DNA from: the human T2T-CHM13v2.0 reference genome, Homo sapiens
Length of the DNA stretch: 64,000 nucleotides
NCBI RefSeq assembly: GCF_009914755.1
Contig: NC_060944.1
Reading direction: 5' to 3' (one strand)
The stretch's first letter is position 1; every line of letters starts with the position of its first letter. The translations under genes and the position numbers were made by a program. Below the pieces are notes generated by a model, which was given only the letters and a program-made list of their open reading frames with translations, ran no database searches and was not told the DNA's origin. Positions 12,180 through 26,194 of the stretch are shown in pieces.

Positions 12180-12500
12180 AAGCATTTATCACATTCTGTT
12201 TTGATGTTTAAGTTACCCACCTGTCTCCCCTGCTAGACTGCAACCTCTGTAAGGGTAGGGCTGATGAACACTATGTGTGTTAAATAATTAAATCCCTTTT
12301 AAATTCGTGTATGTATCAAAAACATATTTAATACATACTTACTAGGCACCAAATACCATGATGGGTGCTGGGGACACAATGCTGAAAGAGGGAAAACACA
12401 CTTAGACACACACACAAACAAAATAGACAATGATCTTTGTCTTCACAGAGAGATTTTAGTCAATGTCAGGCAACATAACATTTCAATTGTGAAAGTCTAT
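12180..12500. mobile_element. Two L2 3' fragments (+ then -)
   Basis: CTGTCTCCCCTGCTAGACTGCAACCTCTGTAAGGGTAGGG on +; AACATATTTAATACATACTTACTAGGCACC...GGTGCTGGGGACACAATG on -. Confidence 0.6.
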
Positions 12501-13042
12501 GACTTGGTAATTGGTAATTTGACCTAAATGAGAAGTGAAAACTCCAGATGATGAAGAGAGGTGAGCCTCCTGTGTGCTAACTGGGGGTGAGGGTGAGATA
12601 ATCAGTCATCCAGTAACAGTCTATGAGGCAGTGAGGCAAAGAAAGGTGGAAGGATGGAGAGAGGCAGTGTTGAGCCTGGAATGGACCTTTCCACAGGGAT
12701 TCTTCCCACTGGTAAAGTATATCCCAGTGAATCTTAAGCTATAACCAATCATAAGGTGTAGAAAAAAAAAGGCACCATGTGTCATTCCCTACATTCCCTT
12801 CTGTGAGGAGGCACAGTTTTATGTGAAACCAACATTTACAAAGACTCCAAGGAAGACAGTATAGACTTACAGCATCTGAGCACTTAAATTGGACAGTGCA
12901 GTGCAGCCACTATCTCCTGCACACATGTTAGGGTGAGGTCTTTGTTGTACGAAACAACAGAGATAATAAAATGGAAGAGCAGAAGTGGCCATTCTAATTC
13001 AAAGATGGCAGTAACATGTAGTATTGAAAATAATAGATTCTA

Positions 13043-13325
13043 GGCCAGGAGCAGTGGCCCATGCCTGTAGTCCTAGCTACTTGGGAGGCCAAAATGGGAG
13101 GATCACTTGAGTTCAGGACTTTGAGACCAGCACAGCCAGTTTAGTGAAATCCAGTTTCTCCAAAAAGTAAATAAAAAATTAGCTGGGTGTGGTGGTGAGT
13201 CTGTAGTCCTAACTACTTGAGAGGCTGAGGTGGGAGGGTCACTTAAGCCCAAGAATTTTGAGGTTACAGTGAGCTGTGAATGCACCACTGCACTCCAGCC
13301 CAGGTGAGAAAATGAGACCCTGCCC
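13043..13325 (+). mobile_element. AluJ
   Basis: Dimeric Alu with J-type features (GGAGGATCACTTGAG, GAGGTTACAGTGAGCTGTGA); degenerate TSD; inserted into a MIR. Confidence 0.9.
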
Positions 13326-13329
13326 CAAT

Positions 13330-13585
13330 AAAAAGAAAAAAAGGGAAAAGAACAAATTCTGCAGGCAGACTACCTGGACTCAAACCCTGGTTCTCCCCTC
13401 TACTATGTGTATAACAGTAGGCAAATTACTTAAACTTACTGAGCCTCAGTTTTCTCATCTGTGAAATGGCCTAACAACAGTACCTACTCCATAGGGTTGT
13501 TGTAATTACTAGATGAGTCAATAGAAGAACTTAAAGGAGTGACTGGCGCTCGGGAAATGGTATAAATGTCTGTTGAATAAACTAA
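13330..13585 (+). mobile_element. MIR SINE
   Basis: GGCAAATTACTTAAACTTACTGAGCCTCAGTTTTCTCATCTGTGAAATGG...AGTACCTACTCCATAGGGTTGTTGT. Confidence 0.88.
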
Positions 13586-13599
13586 TATCAGTTTTAGGT

Positions 13600-13890
13600 C
13601 CATGTGCATGCACATGTGTGTGTACATGTGTGTAAGGACCTGTGTGCATGCACATGCATATACATGTGTGTATGGACCTGTGTGCCTGCATGCATAAGTG
13701 TATGTACATGTGTGTATGAACCTGTGTGCGTGCATGTGTGTATGGACATGTGTGCATGCACATGTGTGGACATGTGTGTATGGACTTCTGTGTATGCATG
13801 CACATGTGTATGTACATGTGTGATGAACCTATGTGCATGCACATGTGTGTACATATGTGTATGGACATGTGTGTATTCATGCACACATGC
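13600..13890. repeat. Alternating purine-pyrimidine (TGTG/CATG/TATG) minisatellite-like repeat
   Basis: Recurring imperfect unit of roughly 36-38 bp, e.g. GGACCTGTGTGCATGCACATG...TGTGTAT. Confidence 0.9.
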
Positions 13891-15667
13891 AGTTGGGTGA
13901 GGAGGAGCCTCAGTTGGTCTGAAGGGGTTCCAGCATATTCTACTCTTGGGAATATTTCCTGCTGGGTTTCAGGAGGAAATATTCAAGTTCTGTACACTAA
14001 ATTGAGGACTGGCTCACCTAAAGCAAGCAAAAACTAAAGAGAGGTGGATGCTAAAAGAGCTTCCTCCCTAAGATACAGAGCAGTTTTCACTCGCAGCCTT
14101 GACCTCGGTGGTTTTGTCACCTAAAACCATTCTAGTTTCAAGACTCAAGCTACAATGCTTTTGAGAAATGATCTAATAAAAGAATTAATAGAACTGTGGC
14201 AGAAGTGAGCCCTCCAAAACTGGTCCTATAGAAGCTTCTGTCTTAGATGTTTTCTGGGGCCAGACACCGGATGCCCTCTTTCTCCAGGCATCTCAAAAAT
14301 AGCCATGGTATGGACAACCAGCAACATGATGTCATACCCATAACAAAACTGGAATTCTTTGGATACATAGCTGGAGTTTTCTCCTTCTGCCCTACAAATG
14401 AAGGCTAGGGGTCTTAGAAGCCTCCAGAACACCATTATTTTTCTTCTCCATTAGACTAAGAAGCAGGCATCATTCATTTATTATAATGGTGTTCTTCCCA
14501 CATTGTTACTGGCACATTCTGTGCTTTACAACAACAAGAAATGAAACGTCCCCTGAGAAGCCTCAGGTTACATTTATTTGGCTTTCCTTTAATAAAAAAA
14601 AAAAGGAGTAAAGCCAGGAATGAAAGGGAGCTGAGAGCTGATGTACTTTCCTGACTGAGTTCAAGGAGGCAGTCTGTGGTGAGGCCAGAGATGAACAGGG
14701 CTGGCCACTAGCAGGAAAACATAAGTGACGGCTTCTCCCAGTAACCATATGAAAATGGGCTGATCTGTTCTGGGACTCAAAGCCTGTCTCCCTCATTTCA
14801 CAGAAAATTCAGGAGTTTTCCAATACTCAGAGAACCTTCAGAACTGTGTGGGTTTGATACGTTTTCCTAACCTGTTTGAGTGCACAGTTTTGGGGAACTT
14901 TCAAAGGCCAGGGTATGACTTTGGAATAAAATCTGGTTTAATTTCAGGAGAACACATTTAATTCTGATGATATCTAGGCCTCAGGAAATGAAGGCAGAAT
15001 GAGATCTCCCAGATTTGACTGGTTGTTCATGCCAGTTTGTATCAGTAAAAGCTAGCTCCTCAAAGCAAACCAGAACTCAGATTTCCTGGGGGTGGGAAAG
15101 TGCAGACAGTGGACTGTTGTACCCAGGAAGCATGCCTGAGGTGCTGACAGAAAAGAAGTTTCAATACGTGAATCTTCAGCCCTTCAACATAGTTCACTAT
15201 AATATAGGATGATTCCAGAGGTGAGAGGAGTGAGGGTGATGACGGCAATAATTATGCAAAAATTCAAAACAGAAGAGACTTGTGTACCCTGATGTCTCAC
15301 CTGTCCACTCTTCTTGACAGAATCCCTCATACCTGGCAGCACCAGGACTGAGCTTTGTAAACTGAAGACTGGCTGGGTTATAGTCAAATGGTAAGGCAGA
15401 AGCAAAATACCCCAATTCTGAAAGGAGAAGACTTCAACAGCCAGTGATGGAGAATTTAATCTTGGGTCAAAGCCACATGAGGGCTGCAGGAAGACAAGCC
15501 GTGTAAACAAGAGGGTCTACTTTTTGAAATTGCTAAATACAGATTCTGTGCCTGAATGCCTCTGATAGTAGATCTCAAAAAGAGGGCATTCTGAATTCTT
15601 GTTAGAACCTCTCACTGACCTAGTCCACAGACTGAAGCTGGAATCTAGAGAACAAAGAGAAGATTAG

Positions 15668-16125
15668 TGGATAGCTTAGCTTTTGCTGCATAAGAGACCA
15701 CCCCCAAACCTCTGTAACTGTAAGCGTTTATATACCTCTCTTGATTTTTCTGAGATTCATGATTCCTTGCCTGGAAGATTCTGATTGGGCATGGCTTGGC
15801 TGAGGCTGGGTGGTCTAGAATGGCCTTACTCACACATCTGATGATTGACGCAAAGAGCTGTGGCTACTGGAATGATTTAACTATGTATCTTTCATCACCC
15901 AATAGGCTGGCTTGGCCTCATTTACATGGTGCTGGTCACAAAGTTCTCAAGAGTGTCCAGAGAAGGCCAGCTCAATGTGTGCATTCATTTTCTGAGCATC
16001 AGCGTGGCTCTCATTGACCAAAGCAAGTCACATAGGCAGTCCAGAGACAGTGTGGGATGGCACTACCAAAGGTCATGGATAGAGAGAAGAAAATAACACA
16101 TGGCCACTTTTACAATAAGCCACAA
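15668..16125 (-). mobile_element. MLT1 (H/I-type) LTR
   Basis: TTAGCTTTTGCTGCATAAGAGACCACCCCCAAAC...GGCTGGGTGGTCTAGAATGGCCTTACTCAC...CATTGACCAAAGCAAGTCACAT. Confidence 0.75.
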
Positions 16126-16974
16126 GTTTTCTCCCTTCCACCCATTCTGTTTGCTCCTGATAGAATCTCCTCCTCTGTCCACTCACAGTGACTGGCCTGA
16201 AATACAGTTACTAAAAGGAAATCTCCCCAACATACATAGTGAATACTCAGTTTTGGTGTCAATAGTTAACAAGATTCTCTCGTTTGTCAAGGGTTGGATT
16301 AAATTAGGATGGTCAGCATGTTCCTAACACTCACTGTTTAAACAGAAAGGGCACACTCCCATTCGAGTTAAGTCACAGGCTCAACAGTAAGTGTATTTTC
16401 CATGGGGTAATTGCTAAAGCCACTGCTTTTCCAAGAAGAATCCTTTTGGAGTCTTTTGTTCTTTTGATTGAAACTTAATCAGCTTCTTGTTTGACAAAAA
16501 TGACAGGCTGCATGAAAGGGGAAACAGAGTTTGGGTTTTGCCAATCCTAATTCCTATCAAACATCACAAGAAAATAAGCACTTTCTACATAATGTTCTCC
16601 ACTTTGTGTTTTAGACTCAAATTTATCACTTAAAAAGAAAAGAAAAAAAAACACCCTAACTGTTTATATTTTGGGGGAAAAAAAGAAAAGCGATGGTTAA
16701 CTCCTTCTTTCTGGGGTTTTTCATGTTAAGGATTTTTTAAGGATCAAGACTCTTGACTTTACCTTTCAGTTTGGTGGGGTAGAGATATAGGGAAGCAAAA
16801 GTTCGCCAGATCACTTCCAGATGATACGTCCTGAAATCTGTCTTCCTTCTGTCACAGAGGACCTACCCTGCAGTCAAAGTTTATTGTCTCCCAAGTCTCA
16901 TCCAGACTTCCAATTCTGACCCCAAGCCCTCATGCTGAATTTCATAAAGAGAACACACATTTCTAATTCTGTTA

Positions 16975-17195
16975 TGAGGAAAGCACTAGATTTGCAATTG
17001 GAAGCACATTCATCTTGGCCAGAGACTCACTAGCTGTGTGATCTTGGACAGATTAAATTCATTCTCTCTGATTCTGTTTCTGCATCCATATTACTTCTCT
17101 ATTTGAAGGGTGGCTGGGAGGTTTAAATTAAAGAATGGGCATCAATGTGCAAACCTGGGGCCCAAAACTTAGTAAGGGCTTAGCAAATGTTAATT
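16975..17195 (+). mobile_element. MIR SINE
   Basis: ACTCACTAGCTGTGTGATCTTGGACAGATT...CTCTGATTCTGTTTCTGCATC. Confidence 0.65.
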
Positions 17196-17616
17196 TTATC
17201 CTATCTGATTTCTTTCTTTCCATCTCTTTCCATATTATTCTCATTTTCCCATTCTAGGAAAAAAAATGCAGGCTAGCATATTCCCTTTGAATGAAAAGAG
17301 AAAAAGCCATGCTGTTAATCTCTGTGACAGAAAATATGGAAGACACTCAACAGAGAGAGGCAGCTTTGGCCAGTTTTATGCCTTTGCCAGTGCTTAGTTG
17401 TGGATAGACATGTAACTCTGCCCCAGCCAGAGCTAGACATATGGGGGGGAGGCCCATCTTTCTACAATCCCATGACTAGTAAGTGGCAGAGCCTGGATTT
17501 GATCCCCAACAGTCCAGTTTCAGAATCCATGTGCTTTTCTACTAAGCTATAATTCCTTGCTAATATAAACCCATTCATTCATTCATTCATTTATGCACTC
17601 ATTGTCCAAAAATATT

Positions 17617-17982
<366 letters not shown>

Positions 17983-18394
17983 CTAGGGAATCCCACACAG
18001 GAAGGCAGTGAATTTTGTCTGAGGGAGAAAGGCACAAGTGGACTCAAGTCTCAGATTCATTATTTACACGTGTGATGTTCTGCATGTTAGTTGAACTCAG
18101 TGAATTGCAGTCTCTACTGTTTTTGTATAGGGTGGATTCGTTTGGGTACTGAAGCAAAGTGAAAACAGCTAACCCAAAGCCTACAATGTGGTAGTTACCC
18201 GAGAAATGTTCTTTAAGAGAATTCATAAAAAAAGGAAGAACACTGTACAGGGATATTTTTAAAGGATCTTCAGGGAGACAGAGCTCAGGTGGAGAAGAGA
18301 AGCAAGGAGAGGACATGGGTAACAAATAATAGGGCCAGAAATAACCATCTTGGATGTAGGAGCCAGGGACAAACAGGCCTGAGAAGCACTGTCT

Positions 18395-18610
18395 GGCCTT
18401 TCAGAGCCCCGCAGCTGAATCCTGACCCTAACACATATGAAAATGGGGCCTTGGCCAAGTTGCTAAACTGAGAACCTCAATTTCCACATCTACATCAGAG
18501 AGGTGAGGATGTCCCCCTCCCACAAGGTGTGGAGGTTACATGAGGTCACTCATGCAAGTGCCATGTTGTTGATGCTGCGTGGTGATTGATAATTACTCAA
18601 TAAGTAATTG
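18395..18610 (+). mobile_element. MIR SINE
   Basis: CCTTGGCCAAGTTGCTAAACTGAGAACCTCAATTTCCACATCTAC. Confidence 0.6.
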
Positions 18611-19941
18611 TGGCTCACATGTTTATGACAGCAAGAAGGATGATGAATGTTGCAGGGTGGTGGGGGGATGGACAGGTCACACTTTGTAGGGCTTTAGGGT
18701 TGCCATCAGGGTCCAGACAACATTTATTGTCCAGTCCATTGATAATCCTGATTTTCTCCTGGCTTCAACTAAGTATTTTGGACTCTAAGTCAAGGGTCAA
18801 ACCACCAGTGTCTCCACCTCCATGTGTGTCTCTGATTTGACAGGCTCTAATGCCAGGGCTGCCCTTAAAAATAATCCTTTTTGTCATACACACAGAAAAC
18901 CATGCTTTTCCAGGTTGAAAGTGGATCCCATCTCACAAAAGTCCAGCTCAGATTGAGAATTTAGAGCCATAAATGCTAAGGAGGTACAATGCTCAGAAAA
19001 GTACATTAGTACTTCTTCCGCAGATGCCCCTTAGAAAGTCTTACATCCAGAGTTTGGCTTCCAGGTAAATCATTTCTGAATCAAGGCTGGCCTGACATTT
19101 TCAAGCACAGCCAGTTGCACTTGCCTCTACACTCCACCTTCCATTCTGACACTTTTCAGTAATGCTGTTAATTGCTTATGGATGTATCTCCCCAAACAGA
19201 CTGTGAGTTCTTCAAGGGCAGTGCCTCTATTTAATTCACCTGTGAATTTTAATCCTGTGGAGTCAACTTTCTGTAGATAATGCCTGAACAAAAAAATTAA
19301 GAAATATAAACAATCAGCCCCAGAGCCTTGCTGTTGGGAGAGGTTGGACTCTCTGGGGCAGCTTTGCCCCAGGATATAGTTCCAGGAGGTGGGTTCCCAG
19401 GCGGAAGGGAGAAATACAAATGTACAAGCAGATGACAGCCCGTGAGCTGGATATGTCCCGGAAATAAAAACTGGACAAGTCATAAAGTTTCAGGCCAACA
19501 CCAAAGGAAGAAATGCTGGGTCTTTACATAGAACTGTCCTCTAACCCCCTAGTGACTAGCAATTATTTCCTCCTGCCCTGCTGGCTCCCCTACAAAGCAA
19601 GGGGCGTCCAGTGAGGAGTTCTGAGCCCAGCATAAGCAAAGCACCAAACACGGAGTGTGTGACCCTAGGAGACGCAGGGAATCTCCTCCTGCATCTCTGT
19701 CTGTGACTGTGTTGTAAGAGATGAGGACGGGAGAAACAACGGGAGAAAACTGTGACAGGAGAATTTGGGATTCTAGCAGAAACTAACACCAGAATCTTGG
19801 GCAAAGGACACAGAATTCTAAGAGAGAAGTTTGATCATGTACCAAATAGTCAGAGACATATTTGCTTCTATGAGAGATCTCGTTCCCTTAAGTGAAATGC
19901 CAGACCCTAAAATTTCTAGTTATCCTTAAAAGAGTGGACAC

Positions 19942-20120
19942 ACAAGAAAAGGAAGGAGGGAGGGAGGGAAGGAGGGGGTGAGGAAGGGAGGGAGGGAGAG
20001 TGAGGAAAGGAGGGAGGGAGGGAGGAAGGAAGGAAGGAAGGAAAGAAGGAGAAAGAGAAAGGAAGAAAAGGGAGAAAGATGAAAAGAAATGAGTGAGAAA
20101 AGAAAGGAAGAAAGAAAGGT
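19942..20120 (+). repeat. GA-rich polypurine low-complexity tract ((GGGA)n/(GGAA)n)
   Basis: Nearly pure purine run of about 180 bp. Confidence 0.92.
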
Positions 20121-21519
20121 GAATTTCCATCAAGTAAGACCCAGAGAAAAGAAAGAAATGACGGCAGCTGAACCACTTTTCTCTTTCCTTTTTAATCTGA
20201 CTTTAGATGTTCTCCTGGTAAAATCATTACAAAGGCCGTTTATTTTTAAAATTGAAAGATTGGGAAGAGTCATAATGAGATACTATGTGTAAAAGTTGCA
20301 CATAAATTTCCTCTTGTCATATTTTGGGCTTCACTAACGCATCCCCTTGACAGGACGAAGGGAAGTTGATCGCTTTAGTATAGATTGTGCGCGCCTCAGA
20401 AATATTGCCCTAGGAGAGAGCTCCTGGGTGGCTGACTTGGCTCCATGCTGATTTAGAAATTAGCCGGGCTTTTATTGGCCACACTAAATTGTTCTCAGGA
20501 AAAAAAAATACATTTTTATTACAGAACAAGGGGCAGATGATTGAAACAAGCCTGCCTTCTCCTTCATTTGGAGCTGTGTTTTAGACTGTTAAGTTGACTT
20601 TCTTCTCTGGGGTTCTCGCTGCTGTTTAATGGGGGCATACAATATCTACCAGTAAAGAAATTACCTTGTTTCTCTCAGTGTCCCCAGGGAATTCCTTATC
20701 CCTTAATAAAGTTCTGTTTGAGTTCTCCTGAGTGCATGAGTGGGCAGGTTGAGGAAAACGGAGACTCTCTATATAATATTCCTATTGCAAGGGTTTAGAG
20801 GAAGGGGAGACCAGGAGCCGTCCTTAAAGAAGGGATTCAGAGCGACTGTGAGTCTGGCCACTGGCCATTGACTCCAGATCTAAGGCCAGAGGTAACACTA
20901 CAGAAATGCACACCCCAATCCTGTATTGAGTGAAGCCCACGGCAGGGCCGTGCAATGAACTTGCATGTGAGGCCAAACCTGTCAAAAGCCACTTGGACCA
21001 AAGGGAATCATTCATTTGTAGAGAATGCCCAAACCCACTCATATCCAATTCTGTTCTCTTGAAGTCCAGCCTGACTCCTGTCTCCGACTCTGCTTTGACA
21101 GGGGGCCTTAGGCTCTTCCTCAGTTCTAAACAGGGCATTGATAGATTCCCATGGAACTGCTCACTACTGCCCTCCACAAAACTGCCTGCCTGATTTCAGA
21201 CAGCCTCTTGCTTAGAATCTGTTCTAGGTACAGAACCCCTAGCCCTTCTCCAGGAGAAATATTATGTCCATATGGATGGGAGCAGCTAGAGGATTTCTGG
21301 AAACTTTCTAAAGATTAGTTTCACTTCTTGAAAGCTAAAAGGCAAACATATAATTGTATCCAAAGTAAATTACTAGAGTAACACAGAGCAACTGGGGTAT
21401 TTGAGGAAGGAATTGTTCGGCCAACTGAACCATTTCATTAACCCTTCAAATGTGATCCTTGATTTTATTTTCTTAAATACTTATAAAATGTAAGCACCTT
21501 CCTGCATTAATATGCAATG

Positions 21520-21850
21520 TGATGGAGCCCTTAAGATCTTGGACTCAAGGTAAGTCAGAATTGAATAGGACACGTTTGCTGTCATTTTCCAAATATAGGT
21601 CCTTGGGCAAATCACATCCAGTTTTTCTGATGCGGTTTTCTCATCTATAAAATGGGGATCATCACAGCCCTGCTAGTGAGAACTTTATATATGTTGAGTT
21701 TATATATGATAATTTTATATATGTTGAATTTATTTAATATGTGAAATATGTTAAATAAGTATATTTAATTTAAATATATTTAAATTACTTATTAAACAGT
21801 AAGTACCACACCTGGTATAACATACAAACTCATTAAACATTAGCTGTTGA
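21520..21850 (+). mobile_element. MIR SINE with an internal AT-rich expansion
   Basis: CCTTGGGCAAATCAC...GGTTTTCTCATCTATAAAATGGGGAT...CACCTGGTATAA...CTCATTAAACATTAGCTGTT. Confidence 0.75.
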
Positions 21851-22527
21851 CATTGCTCACCATCAGCTCAGCGCTCCTTAGCTGAAAGGTAGATTTATTT
21901 CCCCCACAAGCTAAATTCTACAATAGAGCCAAGTCTCACAAAACGTTAGTGGTTCAGCTGAGACAGAAAACATAACTTTTGATTACTTATCCTCCTCCAC
22001 TAAACTTCAGACCACACTGCCTCCTATTAAAATTAATTTCTGTTCCCTTCAGGTGGAGATTTAAATTTGTCATGCCTCCCTAAGCCACTGGACCCATAGC
22101 CCTATCCCTGATTTTTCCTTAGGGAAGCCAGGACTACTTGAGGTAATTAATCCACCACAGGCTCCCCTACCACAACTGGGAAAGAAACACCAAATTCTAC
22201 TTGGTTTCTTACTAATTAGGAACAGAGAGAGGGAGAGAGGGAGAGAGACTAAGGACGGGAAAGGGCTGAGCTAAGTGGGGTGTGGTCCACATGTGTTCCC
22301 AATCATGACCACACAATGAAAATGTTTTCTTTCTGGGGCAATCAGGCAAAATCTTGGAAAGATGAACTTTTTTCCCCGCTTCTTTATGTACAATAATAAC
22401 AATATCCCAAATTCAAAACTTTTTTTTTAATCTTGGCACAATTTTGCTTCTAAAACATTTGGAAAACATCCAAGCACTGATGGCCTATGCCTGACCCTTT
22501 TCTCTGAGGTCCAAGCCACTTATTCTA

Positions 22528-22790
22528 TAATAATAATAAGCGAACACATAGATGATGCATTCTATGTGCCAGACTCTGTTCTAAGTGCTTTACAATACAT
22601 TGACTAAAATTCAATCTCCTTCAAAAACCCTACAACTTAACACTATGTTCATCCCCATTGAACAGATGAGGAAACTGAAGCAAAATAGATTTAGCAACTT
22701 CTCCAAAGTTAATCAGCTAGTACAGGGCAGAGGCAGGATTTGCACTCAGGCTGTCTGAACTCTAGATTTATGCTCATCATTATCAGCTCA
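22528..22790 (-). mobile_element. MIR SINE, near full length
   Basis: CTATGTGCCAGACTCTGTTCTAAGTGCTTTAC...ATCCCCATTGAACAGATGAGGAAACTGAAGCA...GGCAGAGGCAGGATTTGCACTCAGGCTGTCTGA. Confidence 0.9.
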
Positions 22791-24119
22791 TACTTCTATC
22801 ATGTACCTCCATGGCAGAAGGGCTAGGGGAAAAGCAGAGGGCTGGGGCTGCCCAAGAGTTGAAGATCAGGAGGCACAAAAACTAAGAAGAGAACTCCCAA
22901 GAAAGTTGGAGTACTAATAGGCAATGGGGTACCAGTCCCTCTTTTGAGTTGTGGCTCTGCCTTTCTGGTTCTACATTTACTCAGTTCATGAACCAAACAC
23001 CTGTCACCATTGCCCTTGTTCACTCTGCTCTCCCCATGCTCTTCACTTTGATTGACATGCAAACTTTATTCTCTTACACTCCTGACCTTGAATTCCATTT
23101 CTAGCCTGAGTGTCCCCTAGGCCCTGACCTTCACACCTCCAGACCCAGCCAAGTACCCGGATTCTGGCTCCTAATTGCTCCCTTTGCTTAACTGTCTAGT
23201 TGAAAGTTCAGACCCTGAATCAGCCCTTGGCTCTGATTAATTGCAGCCTGGGGCTCAGCAGCAGGGGTCTGAATCCCTTCCCAGTCACTGGAGTAGCCAG
23301 ACTTGACCTCTGTTGGTGGAGCAATGGAGGATGCCATGCCTACTTGTTGAATAAGAAGGCTGCTGTGAAACATACTACATGAGTTGGTGCATATGTCACA
23401 GATGCAACTCTGCCAACAGGAAGACCCTCAGGGGCTGACTGCCATCTGCTGAAAGGCAAGCAGGGATGGATGGATAGATAGATGGATGGTATCTGACCTC
23501 TGATTCCTTCCAGGGTTAGATTTTTGGAGAGTGATGTTCAGGAGCCTGGGGAAACCATCATTCCAGGAACAGCTGGCCGAACTGGCACCATGGAGCAATT
23601 GATGGCCTTCAAGTGCAGAGATTAAGTTTAGGCCAGGAAAAGAGGCACAGGTCTGGGATACAGGGCAGTGATTCAAAGATAATGGATATGAGCTAACTGA
23701 GGAGAAGGAAAAGAACTGTACAATATGTGAGGGATATTGATGGTGGAGGATTCCATTGTGCGGTTCCCAATAAATGCACACAGTTCAACTCTAAGGCCTG
23801 ATCTTTCCCGTAAGACTGGAGAGTACTGGGAGATACACTAATCTCTCAGAATAGCAGAAAACAGGTGCCTTGCTTCCTGGATTATCCAGGAACAAACTCA
23901 GGGGCAAACTCATCAGAAATGACATAAAGAGAGCACAGAGAATTAGGAGCTATGCAACTTATATATGCTAATGTATGCTGACTGCCTACTATATGTTTTG
24001 AGCTGCTTTTTGATGTATTCATTAGCTTCCTAGATGGGGTTCTAATAAATCACATACATATTATACATTGATCTATAGTCTATATCACATTAAAAATCAG
24101 CTCACTTAATTAAAGCAGC

Positions 24120-24250
24120 AATTGTGTGAGGTTATAATCATATTATTTTCATTATCTCATTTTAAAAATGAAGATATTGAAGCACAGATAGTCAAGTGAC
24201 GTGCCTGAGGTCACACCACTGCTCTGGGCTAGAGTACTATTCACACTGCT
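24120..24250 (-). mobile_element. MIR fragment
   Basis: ATTATCTCATTTTAAAAATGAAGATATTGAAGCACAGA...AAGTGACGTGCCTGAGGTCACAC. Confidence 0.75.
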
Positions 24251-24864
24251 GTCTTGGTGGCTGTGACAGTGACTGACCTCCTGCCTTCCAGGTGTCCCAT
24301 ATCCTGTTGCTGAGCCCCAAGAGTCCAATGGAAGGGGTAGCCTATATGCAAGCAGTCCTGCCCACATGGGAGAGTGATGAGCAACTGGCTTATCGAGGTC
24401 AACCATGTGCTCTCTCCTGGAAATTCAGAATGGAGCCATGAAGTGAGCAAATAATGATGGAATATAATGTACAGTTTGGTAAAGAGTGCTAAGAGTTGAC
24501 AACCAGGTCAGACACAGCTGTATATACTCAAAATTCCTGGGGAAGAAGAAGCTATGAGCCTGCTCAGAAGAGTGAAAGGATGAGCATTTTCCCAGGGTAG
24601 AAGAGAGGCCAAAGACATCTTGTGGCATTCAGTAGGTGGAAGTGGTAGCTTCACTGTCTGATTCTCAATCAGATAGCTCTGTGTCCTGGCTACAAATATG
24701 CTTCCTGTCTTTGAGGGTCATGTAATCGATCATGTCAAAAATCAATATTGACTAGTTTCCTTTTTGGTTTAATTAAAACAATCCTTCCCTAAGAGATGAG
24801 CCCCTTTATAAATGGAGATTATACCTGAGTTAATGTGTCTGTCTGAGATTAAAACTGTTAGGAA

Positions 24865-25035
24865 ATAATAACGATGGTAATGATAATTACTTGAATGTTT
24901 ACCAGGTAACAAGCACTGTGCTTATACTTTATATGTATTATCTAAGTTAATTCTCATGATAAGCCTATAAAGTATGTATGATTGTTATTCCTGTTTTAAA
25001 GAAGAGGAAATTGGGGTTTACAGAGGTTAAGTAAT
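24865..25035 (-). mobile_element. MIR fragment
   Basis: AAGCACTGTGCTTATACTTTATATGTATTATCT...GAGGAAATTGGGGTTTACAGAGGTTAAGTAA. Confidence 0.75.
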
Positions 25036-25568
25036 TCATTTGTTCATTCCACAAGCATTTATTGAGTGTCTGCTATATTTCAGTCACTTTTCTAGGAGTT
25101 TGAACACGTCAGCAAACAAAATAGACAGAGATCACTTTGCCTTCATGGAAAGTATGTTCCAGTAGGGAAAACAGGAAACAAATAATAACCATGGCAAATT
25201 AGTAAGTTAGATATGGTATTAGATAGCAAACAGTGCCATGGGAGTGAAATAAGAGATCTGGGTGGAGGCTACCTGTAGACACAGGGTGGACGGGAGTGAT
25301 GGATTGTGATTTTAAATAGAGACATCAGGGTGTGCTTCATTAAGATAGTTATATTTCAGCAGAGGCTTCAAGGAGATGAAGGAAAGAACCATGGGGGTAT
25401 CTGGGAGAAGAAGATTCCAGGCAGGGGAAATAGCAAAGGCAAAGGCCCCAAGGCAGGATCAACAGCACAGAGGCCAGTGTAGGTGGAGCAGAAAGGCTGA
25501 TGGAAAGAGAGGGAAAGAGGCCAGAGAAGTAACAGGACCAGGTCACAGGACCTTGAAGGCCATCATAA

Positions 25569-26194
<626 letters not shown>

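Noticed and set aside
13484-14037. Overlapping His/Cys/Met-rich ORFs on both strands
   Set aside because: They are translations of the TG/CA-rich repeat.
19888-20292. Pro/Ser/Leu-rich ORFs
   Set aside because: Translations of the GA-rich low-complexity tract.
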